This document shows positions 51,520 through 61,385 of a DNA stretch of 64,000 nucleotides, in pieces; position 1 is the stretch's first letter, and each line of letters opens with the position of its first letter. A program made the translations under genes and the position numbers. Source of the stretch: Myxococcales bacterium (GTDB lineage: Bacteria; Myxococcota_A; Polyangia; Polyangiales; Polyangiaceae). The stretch spans positions 166,697 through 230,696 of the forward strand of contig JAYTOU010000023.1 of assembly GCA_043747615.1 (NCBI GenBank), in the 5' to 3' direction. The notes below the pieces were generated by a model. That model ran no database searches and had not been told where the DNA came from. It worked only from the letters and a program-made list of their open reading frames with translations.

Positions 51520-52599
51520 CTAAGCGGCGCGCAGGCGATTTGCAGCGGTCAACGCCGCGTAGTCTGCGAACTCGACGTCGTCAGCGACCGTGGGCACCTC
51601 ACCGCTCTCACGGAAGAGAGTGGCGCGGAGCGAGGCGAGTGCGACCTCCAGCTGATCGTCGTCGGGCTCGATGGTCGTGATCTTCTGGACGAGGAACCCG
51701 GGCCACAGGACGGCGCGCAGCGGGCCCGTCGTGCAGTAGCGGGCAAAGAGCCGCTGAATCTCGAAGGTGACCCCGGCGATGAGCGGGAGGAACGGGAGCT
51801 TCTCGAGGAAGAAGGCCAGGTTGTCGAGCACCACGCTCCCCGTGTGGATGCGCGGCAAGAGCCCCCCCACCACGGTGAAGACGAGGATCGACACCAGCGC
51901 CACCATCACCAGGAATGTCGTCCCGCAGCGGGGATGAAGGGTGGTCTTCGTGCGCGCGTTGGCGACGACGAGCTCTTCGTTCGCCTCGTAGGTGCTGATC
52001 GTTTTGTGCTCGGCGCCGTGGTACTGAAAAACGCGACGGATGTCCGGTACGCGGCGAATCAAGAGCAAATAGCCGATGACGACGCAGAGCTTGAGCCCGC
52101 CGGTCATCACCTGGAAGAGCGGCGACTGAACGTCGAGGTTCAGGTTGAAGGCGCGGTTGATCCCGGCAGCGGCCGCCTGCGGGAGCGCGATCAAGAAGAG
52201 AATGGCGACGACGAGCATCAGGCCCATGGGGCCGCGTGCAGCTTTCTTGTCCGATTCGCTGCCCGATCCGTTGAGATCGGCGTCCGCCGTCGTCAGTGCA
52301 AAAAGCGACATGCCGAGCGCCGTCGTGACCTGCGCTGCGAAATCTTTTTCCATCTGTTCGCCCGAAAAACGGAGCGCCTCGCTACCGAGCTTCAGCGACT
52401 CGACGAGCGAGTGCATCCCGCGTAGGAGAGGCAACTTTGCCCAGCCGGTGCGGGTGTCGGTGACCGCCCGCTCACGCACGATGAGTGAGCCGTCTTGCCG
52501 CCGAAGGACGACGGCAAACGAATTCGGGGCGCGCATCATCACCCCCTCGAGGACGGCTTGCCCTCCGATGTACGGACGCGCGGCTACGGGTTGACTCAT
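51520..52599 (-). CDS. DUF1385 domain membrane protein
   Basis: GGQAVLEGVMM, FQYHGAEHK, HPRCGTTF, LVQKITT.EP. Confidence 0.92.
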   Translation of the reverse strand: MSQPVAARPYIGGQAVLEGVMMRAPNSFAVVLRRQDGSLIVRERAVTDTRTGWAKLPLLRGMHSLVESLKLGSEALRFSGEQMEKDFAAQVTTALGMSLFALTTADADLNGSGSESDKKAARGPMGLMLVVAILFLIALPQAAAAGINRAFNLNLDVQSPLFQVMTGGLKLCVVIGYLLLIRRVPDIRRVFQYHGAEHKTISTYEANEELVVANARTKTTLHPRCGTTFLVMVALVSILVFTVVGGLLPRIHTGSVVLDNLAFFLEKLPFLPLIAGVTFEIQRLFARYCTTGPLRAVLWPGFLVQKITTIEPDDDQLEVALASLRATLFRESGEVPTVADDVEFADYAALTAANRLRAA

Positions 52600-52639
52600 G
52601 CGCTCAATATAAGGCCGAAACAGGGCCTGTCAGTTTTTC

Positions 52640-52939
52640 TCAGGATTCGGCGGCGGGCGCTTCTTTGGGCGCGGGCGCAGCTTCGTCCTTCGCGGGTGCC
52701 GTAGGCGCGGTCTTCGCGGTGGTCGACCCGGGCTTGACGGCCTTCGTCTCGTAGCGCTTGCGGAAGCGATCCACGCGGCCAGCGGTGTCCATCAACTTCT
52801 GCGTACCCGTGTAGAACGGGTGGCAGGCCGCGCACACGTCGACTTGGAAGTCGCCGCGGGTCGAACGCGTCGTGAAGGCGTTGCCGCATGCGCACGCGAC
52901 GCGCGCGGGGGGATAAACCGGGTGAATTGCTTCTTTCAT
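52640..52939 (-). CDS. rpmE: 50S ribosomal protein L31 (Zn-binding type)
   Basis: [29 protein letters not shown]. Confidence 0.96.
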   Translation of the reverse strand: MKEAIHPVYPPARVACACGNAFTTRSTRGDFQVDVCAACHPFYTGTQKLMDTAGRVDRFRKRYETKAVKPGSTTAKTAPTAPAKDEAAPAPKEAPAAES

Positions 52940-53031
52940 GGCGAGCTCCATCAGGTAACGAACAGCCTCTCCGGGGATAGGAAAGGGCCGCGGAACCTAA
53001 CGCTTGACCCCCGGGTTCGCAAGGTCTTCGG

Positions 53032-53559
53032 TCAAAAAGGGATTTCGTCGTCCCCGCCGTCACTACCGCCGCCCTGGAAGTCGTCCGCTCCGCCGGCGTC
53101 GTGTTGGGGCGCGGGTGCGGGCTTGCCGCCGCCTCCTCCGTAGGATCGCCCACCGCCACCGCCACCGCCACCGCCACCGCCGCCACTGCGCTCGCCTTGA
53201 TCGAACTGCGCGTCGCCGCCGCCGCTACGTTTGCCGCCGGCGAGGATGATGTTGTTGGCAACGATCTCCGTGCGATAGCGCTTTTCGCCGTCTTTTTCGT
53301 AGCTGCTGGTGCGTAGGCCGCCTTCGACGAAAATGCTCGAGCCCTTGGTGAGGATTTTTGCGAGCGCTTCTCCGCGCTTTCCCCAGACGGTGATTGAGTG
53401 CCACTCCGTCCGTTCCTGGCGGACGCTGGCCTTATCGAGGTAGGTCTCCGAGGTTGCCAGGCGAAGCTTGAGGATGGCCTGGCCCCCGGGCGTGACACGG
53501 AGCTCCGGATCAGCGCCGAGATTTCCGAGCAGCAGTACCTTATTCAACCCTTCGGCCAT
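53032..53559 (-). CDS. ssb: Single-stranded DNA-binding protein
   Basis: NKVLLLGNLG.DPE, TEWH, Gly-rich linker, C-term DDEIPF. Confidence 0.97.
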   Translation of the reverse strand: MAEGLNKVLLLGNLGADPELRVTPGGQAILKLRLATSETYLDKASVRQERTEWHSITVWGKRGEALAKILTKGSSIFVEGGLRTSSYEKDGEKRYRTEIVANNIILAGGKRSGGGDAQFDQGERSGGGGGGGGGGGGRSYGGGGGKPAPAPQHDAGGADDFQGGGSDGGDDEIPF

Positions 53560-53687
53560 GAGCGTTCTCTCCTCTAACAGGAACCCGTACGCGGACCTTT
53601 TGGTTCGCCTTTGCACCCGCGTCAACGGTGCCGCCTCGCAAGAGCTCGTTTCGCCTGATAAGAAGCGTAACCGCACATGAGGCCGAA

Positions 53688-54413
53688 GTGACTATCCCTC
53701 GGATTTCCATCGTCATCCCCATCTACAACGAGCAGGGCATTCTCCACGCTGCCGTCGTCGACCTTCGTGAGCGCCTCAAGCCCTTCGGCTGGCCTTACGA
53801 GGTTATCCTCGCCGAGAACGGCTCGAAGGACGACACCGTCGAGATCGGCCACGAGCTCGCGCGCAAATACGCCGACCCAGCCGACGGGCAGATCAAGATC
53901 ATCAGCCTCGGCGAGCCGAACTACGGCAAAGCCATGAAGCAGGGGATCCTCCTCGCGCGTGGCGAGCTGGTGATCTGCGACGAGATCGATCTGTGCGACG
54001 CCGATTTTCATAGGCGCGCGGTGGACATCCTGGAGACCGGCGAGGCCGATCTGGTGATCGGCTCGAAGCTGCTCGCCGGCGCGGAAGACGATCGCCCGAT
54101 CTTCCGGCACATCGCTAGCCAGGCGTACACGGGGATGCTCCGTCTGGTCCTCGGCTTCCGCGGCACCGACACCCACGGACTGAAGGCCTTTCGCAGGCTT
54201 GCCCTCCTCGACACCGTCCGGGCCTGCCTCGTCGACAAGGACGTGTTCGCCAGCGAGTTCGTGATCCGCGCCGATCGCGGCGGCGTCAAGATCAAAGAAA
54301 TTCCGATCCGCGTCATCGAGAAGCGGCCGCCCTCGATCAACCTGTTCAAGCGCGTACCGAACGTGATGAAGAGCATGGCCAAGCTCACCTACGCGATACG
54401 CATTCGCGGATAG
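53688..54413 (+). CDS. GT2 glycosyltransferase (polyprenol-phosphate sugar synthase-like)
   Basis: ISIVIPIYNE, NGSKDDT, DLVIGS, DTHGLKAF. Confidence 0.85.
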   Translation: MTIPRISIVIPIYNEQGILHAAVVDLRERLKPFGWPYEVILAENGSKDDTVEIGHELARKYADPADGQIKIISLGEPNYGKAMKQGILLARGELVICDEIDLCDADFHRRAVDILETGEADLVIGSKLLAGAEDDRPIFRHIASQAYTGMLRLVLGFRGTDTHGLKAFRRLALLDTVRACLVDKDVFASEFVIRADRGGVKIKEIPIRVIEKRPPSINLFKRVPNVMKSMAKLTYAIRIRG

Positions 54414-54420
54414 GTCTGCG

Positions 54421-54783
54421 TTGGAACCGAAGCCCCTGAACAACGTCGAGCGGTCGGTCTATGCAGCGTCGCTATCGCTGCTGGCTTTCAGCACGCTCAC
54501 GGGTGTGGCGCTCGCCGCTTGGTTCTTGCGCATGGCAGACCCGTGGAGCTGGCGGAGCGTCCTCACGCTTGGCGCGTGCATGGGGGGCGTCACCACGAGC
54601 GCTCTCGTGTGGCGGGCGCCGTCGCGCAGTCATGTGCTCGCGGGAATCGCGGTCGTCCTCGCGTCGCTCATCCGCGTCGGCCCGATCGCCGACTGGACCT
54701 GGGTAACGCTCACGCTCCTCGCGTTGACGACGCTGCTGCTCATACCCCTCGTGCACGCCTTCCTGCTGCTTCCCCGAAGCTGA
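54421..54783 (+). CDS. Small 4-TM membrane protein
   Basis: Four hydrophobic segments; stop overlaps next ATG. Confidence 0.65.
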   Translation: MEPKPLNNVERSVYAASLSLLAFSTLTGVALAAWFLRMADPWSWRSVLTLGACMGGVTTSALVWRAPSRSHVLAGIAVVLASLIRVGPIADWTWVTLTLLALTTLLLIPLVHAFLLLPRS

Positions 54784-56504
54784 TGCTCGAAGACGTCTCC
54801 GCCGCGTCCGAGCGCTTCTCGCTCTCTGTCGGCGATGCGCCCGCCTTCGAGGCCACCTACGACGTTGCGATCATCGGCGGCGGGGTCAATGGCACGGGCG
54901 TCGCGCGCGACCTTTCCTTGCGAGGGCTGAAAGTGGTGCTCTTCGAGCGCAACGATCTCGCTTTCGGCGCGAGCGGCAACTCGAGCGGAATGATCCACGG
55001 CGGCGTACGCTACCTGTCCACCAACCCCAAGGTGACCCGCGAGTCTTGTCAGGACTCGGGTTTCATCCAGCAGATCGCCCCGCATCTGCTTTTTCGCATT
55101 CCGTTCCTCATGCCCATCCCCGCGGGGGCGAAGGGGCGGATCATGATGGAACTGGTCGACGCGTATCTCCGCGCGTACGACGACTACCAGCCTCTGAAGC
55201 GCGGCAAGCCGCACACCCGGCTCGACGCGGCGGACATGGCGCGACTCGAGCCCGGCCTGGTGGGCGCGATGTCCGGAGGATTCAGCTTCGACGAGTGGGG
55301 CATCGATGGCGTGCGCCTCTGCGTTCTCAACACCCTCGACGCGAAGGAGCGGGGCGCGGTCGTGCACCTTCACACGACCGTGGAATCGATCTCGAAGCTG
55401 CGCGAGGAAGACGCCGCTCCCCTTCGGTACCTGGTGCGCGCGCGCGATCGCCTGACGTCGCGAGCCGTCAGCGTGCGGGCAAGTGCGGTGGTCAACGCCA
55501 GCGGCGCGTGGGGCCCGATCACCGCGACCCTGGGCAAGCTCCCGACTACCAAGGTGCGCATCCGTCCCGGCAAGGGCATCCACGTCACCTACGATCGAAG
55601 GCTCTCGAACTACGCGATCCTCAGCGAAGCGATCGACGGCAGGCAGATTTTTCTCGAGCCGTGGCAGAACATCAGCGTCCTCGGAACGACCGACGACGAT
55701 TTCTTCGGTGACCTCGACGACGTGGTCGCCACGAGCGAAGAGGTTCGTTACCTCGTGCAAGGAATCGCCCGTGTTTTTCCGAGCATTCGTGAGGCGCGCG
55801 CGATCGGTACCTACGCTGGCGTGAGGCCAACGCTCTACGAGTACGGCCCCAACGAAGATGCGCTCTCGCGCGAGCACGCTGTCGTGGATCACGCGACCGA
55901 CGGCGCTCCGGGCATCTACTCGATGATCGGCGGCAAGCTCGCGAGCTACCGGCTCTTCGCCCAGGAGATGAGCGATCGCATCGCCCAGGATCTGGCGCCG
56001 TCCACTACGTGTACGACGCACACCAAGCCTCTGCCCGGTGGGGATCGCGCGCCGGATGCCCTGGCGATCGCAGAGCAGCACGAGCTCACTCCCATCGCCG
56101 CGCGCCGCCTCGTCTACCGCCACGGCTCGCGCGCCATTCGCATTCTGCAGCGCATCGCCAAGCGTCCTCGCGAGCGCGAAGTGGTGTGCGCGTGCGAGCC
56201 GGTCCTCGAGGCCGAGGTGCGTCACGCGATCAAAGAAGAGATGGCGCGCACGGTGGACGACGTGGCCAGGCGAACGCGGCTCGGGCTCGGTGCGTGCGGG
56301 GGTATGCGCTGCGCTGCTCGCTGCGGTCAGATCGTGGCCGAGGAGCTCGGTCTTCCGCCGCGAGATGGGCTCGACCAAGCCCGGCAATTTCTCGAACGCC
56401 AGGCTCGCACGCGGATCGTGGCCCTCGGCCCGGACCAAGCACGGCAAGAGGCGCTCGCTCTCGCTCACCTGCGCTCGACACTCGGCACGAGGGGCTCGGC
56501 GTGA
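54783..56504 (+). CDS. glpA: FAD-dependent glycerol-3-phosphate dehydrogenase, GlpA-like with C-terminal BFD-like Cys motif
   Basis: IIGGGVNG, SGMIHGGVRY, GGKL, CACE...RRTRLGLGACGG.RC. Confidence 0.85.
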   Translation: MLEDVSAASERFSLSVGDAPAFEATYDVAIIGGGVNGTGVARDLSLRGLKVVLFERNDLAFGASGNSSGMIHGGVRYLSTNPKVTRESCQDSGFIQQIAPHLLFRIPFLMPIPAGAKGRIMMELVDAYLRAYDDYQPLKRGKPHTRLDAADMARLEPGLVGAMSGGFSFDEWGIDGVRLCVLNTLDAKERGAVVHLHTTVESISKLREEDAAPLRYLVRARDRLTSRAVSVRASAVVNASGAWGPITATLGKLPTTKVRIRPGKGIHVTYDRRLSNYAILSEAIDGRQIFLEPWQNISVLGTTDDDFFGDLDDVVATSEEVRYLVQGIARVFPSIREARAIGTYAGVRPTLYEYGPNEDALSREHAVVDHATDGAPGIYSMIGGKLASYRLFAQEMSDRIAQDLAPSTTCTTHTKPLPGGDRAPDALAIAEQHELTPIAARRLVYRHGSRAIRILQRIAKRPREREVVCACEPVLEAEVRHAIKEEMARTVDDVARRTRLGLGACGGMRCAARCGQIVAEELGLPPRDGLDQARQFLERQARTRIVALGPDQARQEALALAHLRSTLGTRGSA

Positions 56505-57736
56505 TGGACGGCGCGCCGGCTCTGGGGAGCGTTCTCGTGATCGGCTCGGGCATCGCGGGCACCGCAGCGGCCCTCGCCGGAGCGACCGCGGGAGCACGCA
56601 CGCGTCTCATTCTCGGGACGAGCGGCGCGACCACCTTGAGCTCCGGAGCGATCGACGAAGTGCCCTGGGAGCAGATGGCTCCGCGGATGCGTCCGGTCTC
56701 GGAACATGAGCAATCCGTCCTCGCGCAGATCGGTCTCTACGCGCTGCGTGCCGAGGGTTCCTTGGTGGCAACGATGGCCGGGACCGTCCGGCGGGCGCGC
56801 GGCACGGATCGCGCGATCCTCGATCTCGAGCCGTTGCGAGGGGGGGCGGTGGCGGTCCCCCGCAGCGATCATCACGGCTGGGACGCGAGCGCTCTCGCCC
56901 GAGCATGGTCCGATGCGCCGCTGGCCCGCGAGCGCAGCCTCACATTCGTCGCCGTCGATGCCCAGATCACTCGCTTCCGCGACGAGCACTCCCTGCGCGA
57001 CGCGGAGATCGCTGCTCGTCACGACGAAGCCGCGCGCCTCACCTGGATGGCCGAACGACTGAGCGAAGTGAAAAACCAGGGAGAGTTTCTGGGGATGATG
57101 GTCCCGCCGTGGTTGGGCATCGATCGCCCGCTTGCCGCGGAGGTCTCTAGAAAACTAGGCATCTCGTGCGGTGAAGCGGTGGTCGGGCTCGCGGGTCCTT
57201 CGGGGGCGCGTTTTCTGAGAGCGCGCGATCGTGCGCTCGATGCGGCGGGCATCGAGACCACTGCGGGCTGGGTGAAGCGGGTCGAGCGCGAAGCCGACCA
57301 TTGGACGGTCGAGCTCGAGGACGGAACGGTGCACGAGGCTGCGGCGGTCATTCTCGCAAGCGGCGGTCTCATCGGCGGCGGCCTTCGCTACGAACCAAGC
57401 GCAGCGATCCTGGCCTCGGCCGTCCCTCCGTTTTCACGTCTGACATTTCGAGCGACCATCGATGCTCCGGTATCGATCGGCGCGCACGGTCGCCTGCTCG
57501 ATCTTCCCGGCTCGCTCTTCGGCGCGGCACCGGAGTCGCTGGCCTGGCCCTTCACGAACGATCCCCTCCTCGAACGGGCGGGCGTCCTCGTGGGCGAAGA
57601 CGCGCGCGTCACGGGCGCTCCTTCGGGCCTGTTCGCCTGCGGAGATCTCGTCGCTGACCGTCCACGCGCCTGGCTGGATGCGCTCGCCTCCGGAGTGCGC
57701 GCCGGAAGGGCCGCCGCAGCCCTCGTCTCCGCCTAG
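56504..57736 (+). CDS. glpB: Anaerobic G3P dehydrogenase subunit B-like flavoprotein
   Basis: VIGSGIAG, GATTLSSGAID, LASGG..GGG, GLFACGD, ALASG; coupled to glpA. Confidence 0.7.
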   Translation: MDGAPALGSVLVIGSGIAGTAAALAGATAGARTRLILGTSGATTLSSGAIDEVPWEQMAPRMRPVSEHEQSVLAQIGLYALRAEGSLVATMAGTVRRARGTDRAILDLEPLRGGAVAVPRSDHHGWDASALARAWSDAPLARERSLTFVAVDAQITRFRDEHSLRDAEIAARHDEAARLTWMAERLSEVKNQGEFLGMMVPPWLGIDRPLAAEVSRKLGISCGEAVVGLAGPSGARFLRARDRALDAAGIETTAGWVKRVEREADHWTVELEDGTVHEAAAVILASGGLIGGGLRYEPSAAILASAVPPFSRLTFRATIDAPVSIGAHGRLLDLPGSLFGAAPESLAWPFTNDPLLERAGVLVGEDARVTGAPSGLFACGDLVADRPRAWLDALASGVRAGRAAAALVSA

Positions 57737-57756
57737 CTACGTCGAGCGCAGCCGCT

Positions 57757-59127
57757 TCATCGAACCTTACTGCCGTGGCCGACCAGCTTCTCGCGCATGA
57801 GCTTGTATGCTGCACGTAACGTGTAGTCCTGACCGAGCATCGGATCGCTGGGCATCGTTCGCGCATCCGCTTCGATTTGCACTCCTGCATCGCCGGTAAA
57901 AGCCGAAACTCCAGCGTCTTGAGCGGGCACGTCGACGCCCGGAATGCCTTCGGCTGGGAGGTGTCCCTCCAGGTCTCGCTCGCGTAGTGGCGGGAGGGCG
58001 TTCGGATCGAGCTTCGTCGGATCGAGGGTGACGTCGGGATGGATTCCGTCGGCCTGAATGGAGTGCCCGCTCGGCGTGTAGTAGCGCGCGGTGGTCATCT
58101 TGAGACCTGCGCCGTTGGGGAGCGGGATGATCGATTGCACGCTGCCCTTTCCGAAGGTGTTCGTCCCGAGTGCGAGGGCTCGGTTTTGATCCTGAAGAGC
58201 GCCGGCGACGAGCTCTGAGGCGCTCGCGCTGTACTGGTTCACGAGCATCACCACGGGCACGTCGCTGAACGCGCCTCCGCCACGAGCCTTCACCTCGTCG
58301 ACGACCTTGCCTCGATGCCGCGTGGTGTAGATGACTCCGCTCGAGAGGAACTCGTCTGCGACCTCGGCAGCCTCGTCTACCAGCCCGCCGGGGTTGCTTC
58401 GCAGATCGAGGATCACTCCGGTGATTGGCGCGTTGGTCGCGCTCCGCACCTTGGCCGACGCGCGGAGGAGCTCGTCGTGTGTGTGATCCTGGAACTGCTT
58501 GATTCGCACGTAGACGATGTTTCCGGTGAGCAGCTTGGAAGCGACGCTCGGCACGTGAACGACCTCGCGCACGAGATCGAACGTGATGAGATCGCGCGTG
58601 CCCGGCCGCTTCACGGTGAGCTTCACGTGCGTCCCGGGGAGGCCGCGCATTTTTTTGACGAGCTTGTCGAGGGCGACGACTTGGATGATTTCTCCGTCGA
58701 TGGCGACGATGCGATCGGCGCTCTTCAGACCGGCGCGCTCGGCGGGCGAGCCCTCGATTGGCGCGATGACCGTGACCATCTCGTTGCGTGCATCGACCTC
58801 GATGCCGATGCCCGCGAACTTGCCCTCGGTGTCTTCCTGAAAATCCGTGTACTCCTTCGGCGGCAGGTAGCTCGAGTGAGGGTCGAGCTCTTCGACCATG
58901 CCCTTGATCGCGCCGTTCACCAGCTTGGCGCGGTCGACGGGCTCGACGTAGTTGTTCTCGATCTGCACGAGCACTCGACCGAGCTGCGCCATCGCCGTGT
59001 ACGGATTTTCGTCCTGCGTCGTGGCCTTGGCACCTGGCTGGAGGAGCGACCCGCAGACCCCTCCTGCAAAGGCGATCGCGGTGAATCCGGCAAGTTTGCA
59101 CGCAGCAAAAACGGTGGTTCGCTTCAC
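57757..59127 (-). CDS. ctpA: Carboxyl-terminal processing protease (S41A, PDZ)
   Basis: LDPHS, GIGI, DLRSNPGG, SASASE, TFGKGSVQ, ARYYTPSG. Confidence 0.93.
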   Translation of the reverse strand: MKRTTVFAACKLAGFTAIAFAGGVCGSLLQPGAKATTQDENPYTAMAQLGRVLVQIENNYVEPVDRAKLVNGAIKGMVEELDPHSSYLPPKEYTDFQEDTEGKFAGIGIEVDARNEMVTVIAPIEGSPAERAGLKSADRIVAIDGEIIQVVALDKLVKKMRGLPGTHVKLTVKRPGTRDLITFDLVREVVHVPSVASKLLTGNIVYVRIKQFQDHTHDELLRASAKVRSATNAPITGVILDLRSNPGGLVDEAAEVADEFLSSGVIYTTRHRGKVVDEVKARGGGAFSDVPVVMLVNQYSASASELVAGALQDQNRALALGTNTFGKGSVQSIIPLPNGAGLKMTTARYYTPSGHSIQADGIHPDVTLDPTKLDPNALPPLRERDLEGHLPAEGIPGVDVPAQDAGVSAFTGDAGVQIEADARTMPSDPMLGQDYTLRAAYKLMREKLVGHGSKVR

Positions 59128-59175
59128 CCCTCGAGGCTAGCCGAACAGATAGTGAAGGAGATCGCCTCAATGGCG

Positions 59176-59189
59176 TTGATTGTGATGAA
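59176..59189. promoter_or_regulatory. Possible FNR/CRP-type box in divergent promoter region
   Basis: TTGAT-tgtg-ATGAA, one mismatch from TTGAT-N4-ATCAA. Confidence 0.3.
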
Positions 59190-59249
59190 ACAGAGCTGAT
59201 AGCCTGGGCTGTAGGTAGATGATCTATTTGATCCTGAAGGAGGTTCACC

Positions 59250-59495
59250 TTGGCGATCGGTGACAAAGACGCGAGCGTCCCCAACATCCGCACGTCGGAG
59301 AGCAAGACCGATAAGCGCAAGCAGAGTCTCTACTTCCCGGAGTCGATGCTCCAGGAAATCAAGGAAGAGGCAGCGCGCCTGGACCGATCGCTCTCTTGGG
59401 TCGTGCAGCGCGCGTGGAAGATCTCGCGCCTAGAGATCAAGAAGCTTCCGAGCGTGAACGATGTCGAAGGCGGCGAAGACGACGACGGCGAGTAG
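59250..59495 (+). CDS. Myxobacterial small RHH-like protein (TIGR04563 family)
   Basis: AGGAGG RBS + TTG; DKRKQSLYFPE.ML.EI..EA.RLDRSLSWVVQRAW. Confidence 0.85.
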   Translation: MAIGDKDASVPNIRTSESKTDKRKQSLYFPESMLQEIKEEAARLDRSLSWVVQRAWKISRLEIKKLPSVNDVEGGEDDDGE

Positions 59496-60408
59496 TCCTT
59501 CGATCCCGCCGACGGCTGGTGAAGCGCATTCCTTCGCAATTGCGGAGGACGGCACGCGCCTTTTCGTTCACACGAAGCTGGGCCCCCCGGGCGACGACGC
59601 GAGGACGGTCCACGCATTTCTTTGCGACGGCATCCTCTGCGACGGCTTCATCTGGAAATATCTCTGGAACGATCTCGCGCCCGTCGCCCCGCTCACGCAC
59701 TGGCACTACCGCGGTCACGGTCGAAGCGCTCTTCCGCGCGATGCCGAGCGCATCGGGATCGAGGCCCACGCCGACGACCTGATGAGCGTGAGACGTCACG
59801 TCGGCGATCCTCCCGCGGTCCTCGTCGGTCATTCGATGGGCTGCCAGGTGGCGCTCGAAGAGTACCGCCGTCACCGCGACAAAGTGCGCGGGCTCGTTCT
59901 CATCTGCGGCAGCTTCGGAAAAATCACGAGCACCATCCGCGGCGTCCCGGTGCTGGATCTCGTCCTCCCGAAGCTCGTGAACCTGGTCGAAAAAAAACCA
60001 GACGTCGTGCGCGCTATCTGGTCTCGTATTCCCGCGGCTATGGCTCTCAAAATCGCGCTACGTGCCGGTGAGGTCGATCCAGAAAAAATTCACCCGGAGG
60101 ACATCCTCCCTTACCTCCAGCACATGACGCACGTCGACTTCCCTATGTTCTTACGGATGCTCCGGGCGGCGGGCGAGCACTCCGCGGGTGATTTTCTGGG
60201 GCAGATCAACGTGCCCACGCTGATCGTGGCCGGCGAAAAAGACACGCTCACCCCGGCGTTTCTGTCGGAGTCGATGGCGGAGGCGATCCCGGGGGCCGAG
60301 CTTCTCCTCGTAAAAGGCGGGACTCATGTGGCCTCGCTCGAGCAGCACGAGCTGGTCAACGAGAGGATCGTGAAATTTTTCCGGGACCGCGTTTGCAAGA
60401 CGTCGTAG
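59461..60408 (+). CDS. Alpha/beta hydrolase (start uncertain)
   Basis: YRGHGRS, GHSMG nucleophile elbow, GEKD, GTH. Confidence 0.88.
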   Translation: MSKAAKTTTASSPSIPPTAGEAHSFAIAEDGTRLFVHTKLGPPGDDARTVHAFLCDGILCDGFIWKYLWNDLAPVAPLTHWHYRGHGRSALPRDAERIGIEAHADDLMSVRRHVGDPPAVLVGHSMGCQVALEEYRRHRDKVRGLVLICGSFGKITSTIRGVPVLDLVLPKLVNLVEKKPDVVRAIWSRIPAAMALKIALRAGEVDPEKIHPEDILPYLQHMTHVDFPMFLRMLRAAGEHSAGDFLGQINVPTLIVAGEKDTLTPAFLSESMAEAIPGAELLLVKGGTHVASLEQHELVNERIVKFFRDRVCKTS

Positions 60409-61319
60409 GCGCGATCTCGCTTTGCGCGGCGCTCTTGTTTTCGGGCTGCCGTCCGGCGCCCGCGGTGGAGAACACACTCGAAGTCGCCGCGTCACCGGAA
60501 TCATCGGCATCCACCGCCGCCCCCGACGCTGCGAACGATGCGCCCCCCACGGATGCACCGACGGTCACGCGCGCAAAATCGATCGGGCACACTTCGGTCG
60601 TCTTCAAGATCACCTTCACGGGCGGTAGCGAAGCCGCCTTCAAGCCCGAGTCGCATCGCGGAAAGGCGCGTTATCGAGGAGAAATTGCAGCCTATCGTCT
60701 GGGGCAGGGGCTCGGGCTCTCGAACGTGCCCGCGGCGCTCGTCCGCCGCTTCCGGGCGACGGAGCTTCGGTCCGTGCTCGCCGGGGAATCGGCCGACCTG
60801 TTCGATTACGAAGTGGTCATCGACCGAAACGGAGGGATCAGAGGCGCGATCATCCCGTGGATTCAGGGGCTTGAGTTTCTTCCGCTCTCCGCGTCGAACG
60901 CCTTCTTGCAGAAAGACCCCGCGCTCGCCTCCCAGATCAGCACGCTCATCGTGTTCGATGTGCTCACCGGAAACTGGGATCGCTGGAGCGGCGGCAACGT
61001 GGGCTTCGACCGAGGCGCGAACCGCGTCCTGTTCATCGACAACGACGGAGCGTTCTTCGACCCCGTTCCCGCGCGGCCCGCCGAGTTGCAGATTGCGCTC
61101 CTGCGAAAGACGGAGCACTTCTCACGAAGGTTCGTCACGCGATTGCGCTCGCTCACACTCCCCGCGCTCGTCGCGGTCATCGGCGACGAAGATCCCGGTG
61201 TGCCCCTTCTTTCCGCGCGCGTCCTGGAACAGGCTGAAAAACGCAGGCAACGCGCGATTTCGATCATCGACGCAAAAATCGCGACGCGTGGAGAAACGAC
61301 CGTACTTTCGTTCGAGTGA
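60393..61319 (+). CDS. Lipoprotein with atypical (Fam20/four-jointed/PI3K-like) kinase fold
   Basis: Lipobox FSGC; AAFKP, EIAAYRL..LG..NVP, FDVLTGNWDR, FIDN. Confidence 0.65.
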   Translation: MQDVVGAISLCAALLFSGCRPAPAVENTLEVAASPESSASTAAPDAANDAPPTDAPTVTRAKSIGHTSVVFKITFTGGSEAAFKPESHRGKARYRGEIAAYRLGQGLGLSNVPAALVRRFRATELRSVLAGESADLFDYEVVIDRNGGIRGAIIPWIQGLEFLPLSASNAFLQKDPALASQISTLIVFDVLTGNWDRWSGGNVGFDRGANRVLFIDNDGAFFDPVPARPAELQIALLRKTEHFSRRFVTRLRSLTLPALVAVIGDEDPGVPLLSARVLEQAEKRRQRAISIIDAKIATRGETTVLSFE

Positions 61320-61385
61320 GCTTCCCGTGAGTCCGACGATCGCGAGGATGTGGGCTGTGGCAAAACGTAGAACAAGGATGATCTC

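Noticed and set aside
53150..53179. (CCACCG)5 microsatellite
   Set aside because: Encodes the ordinary poly-Gly linker of SSB
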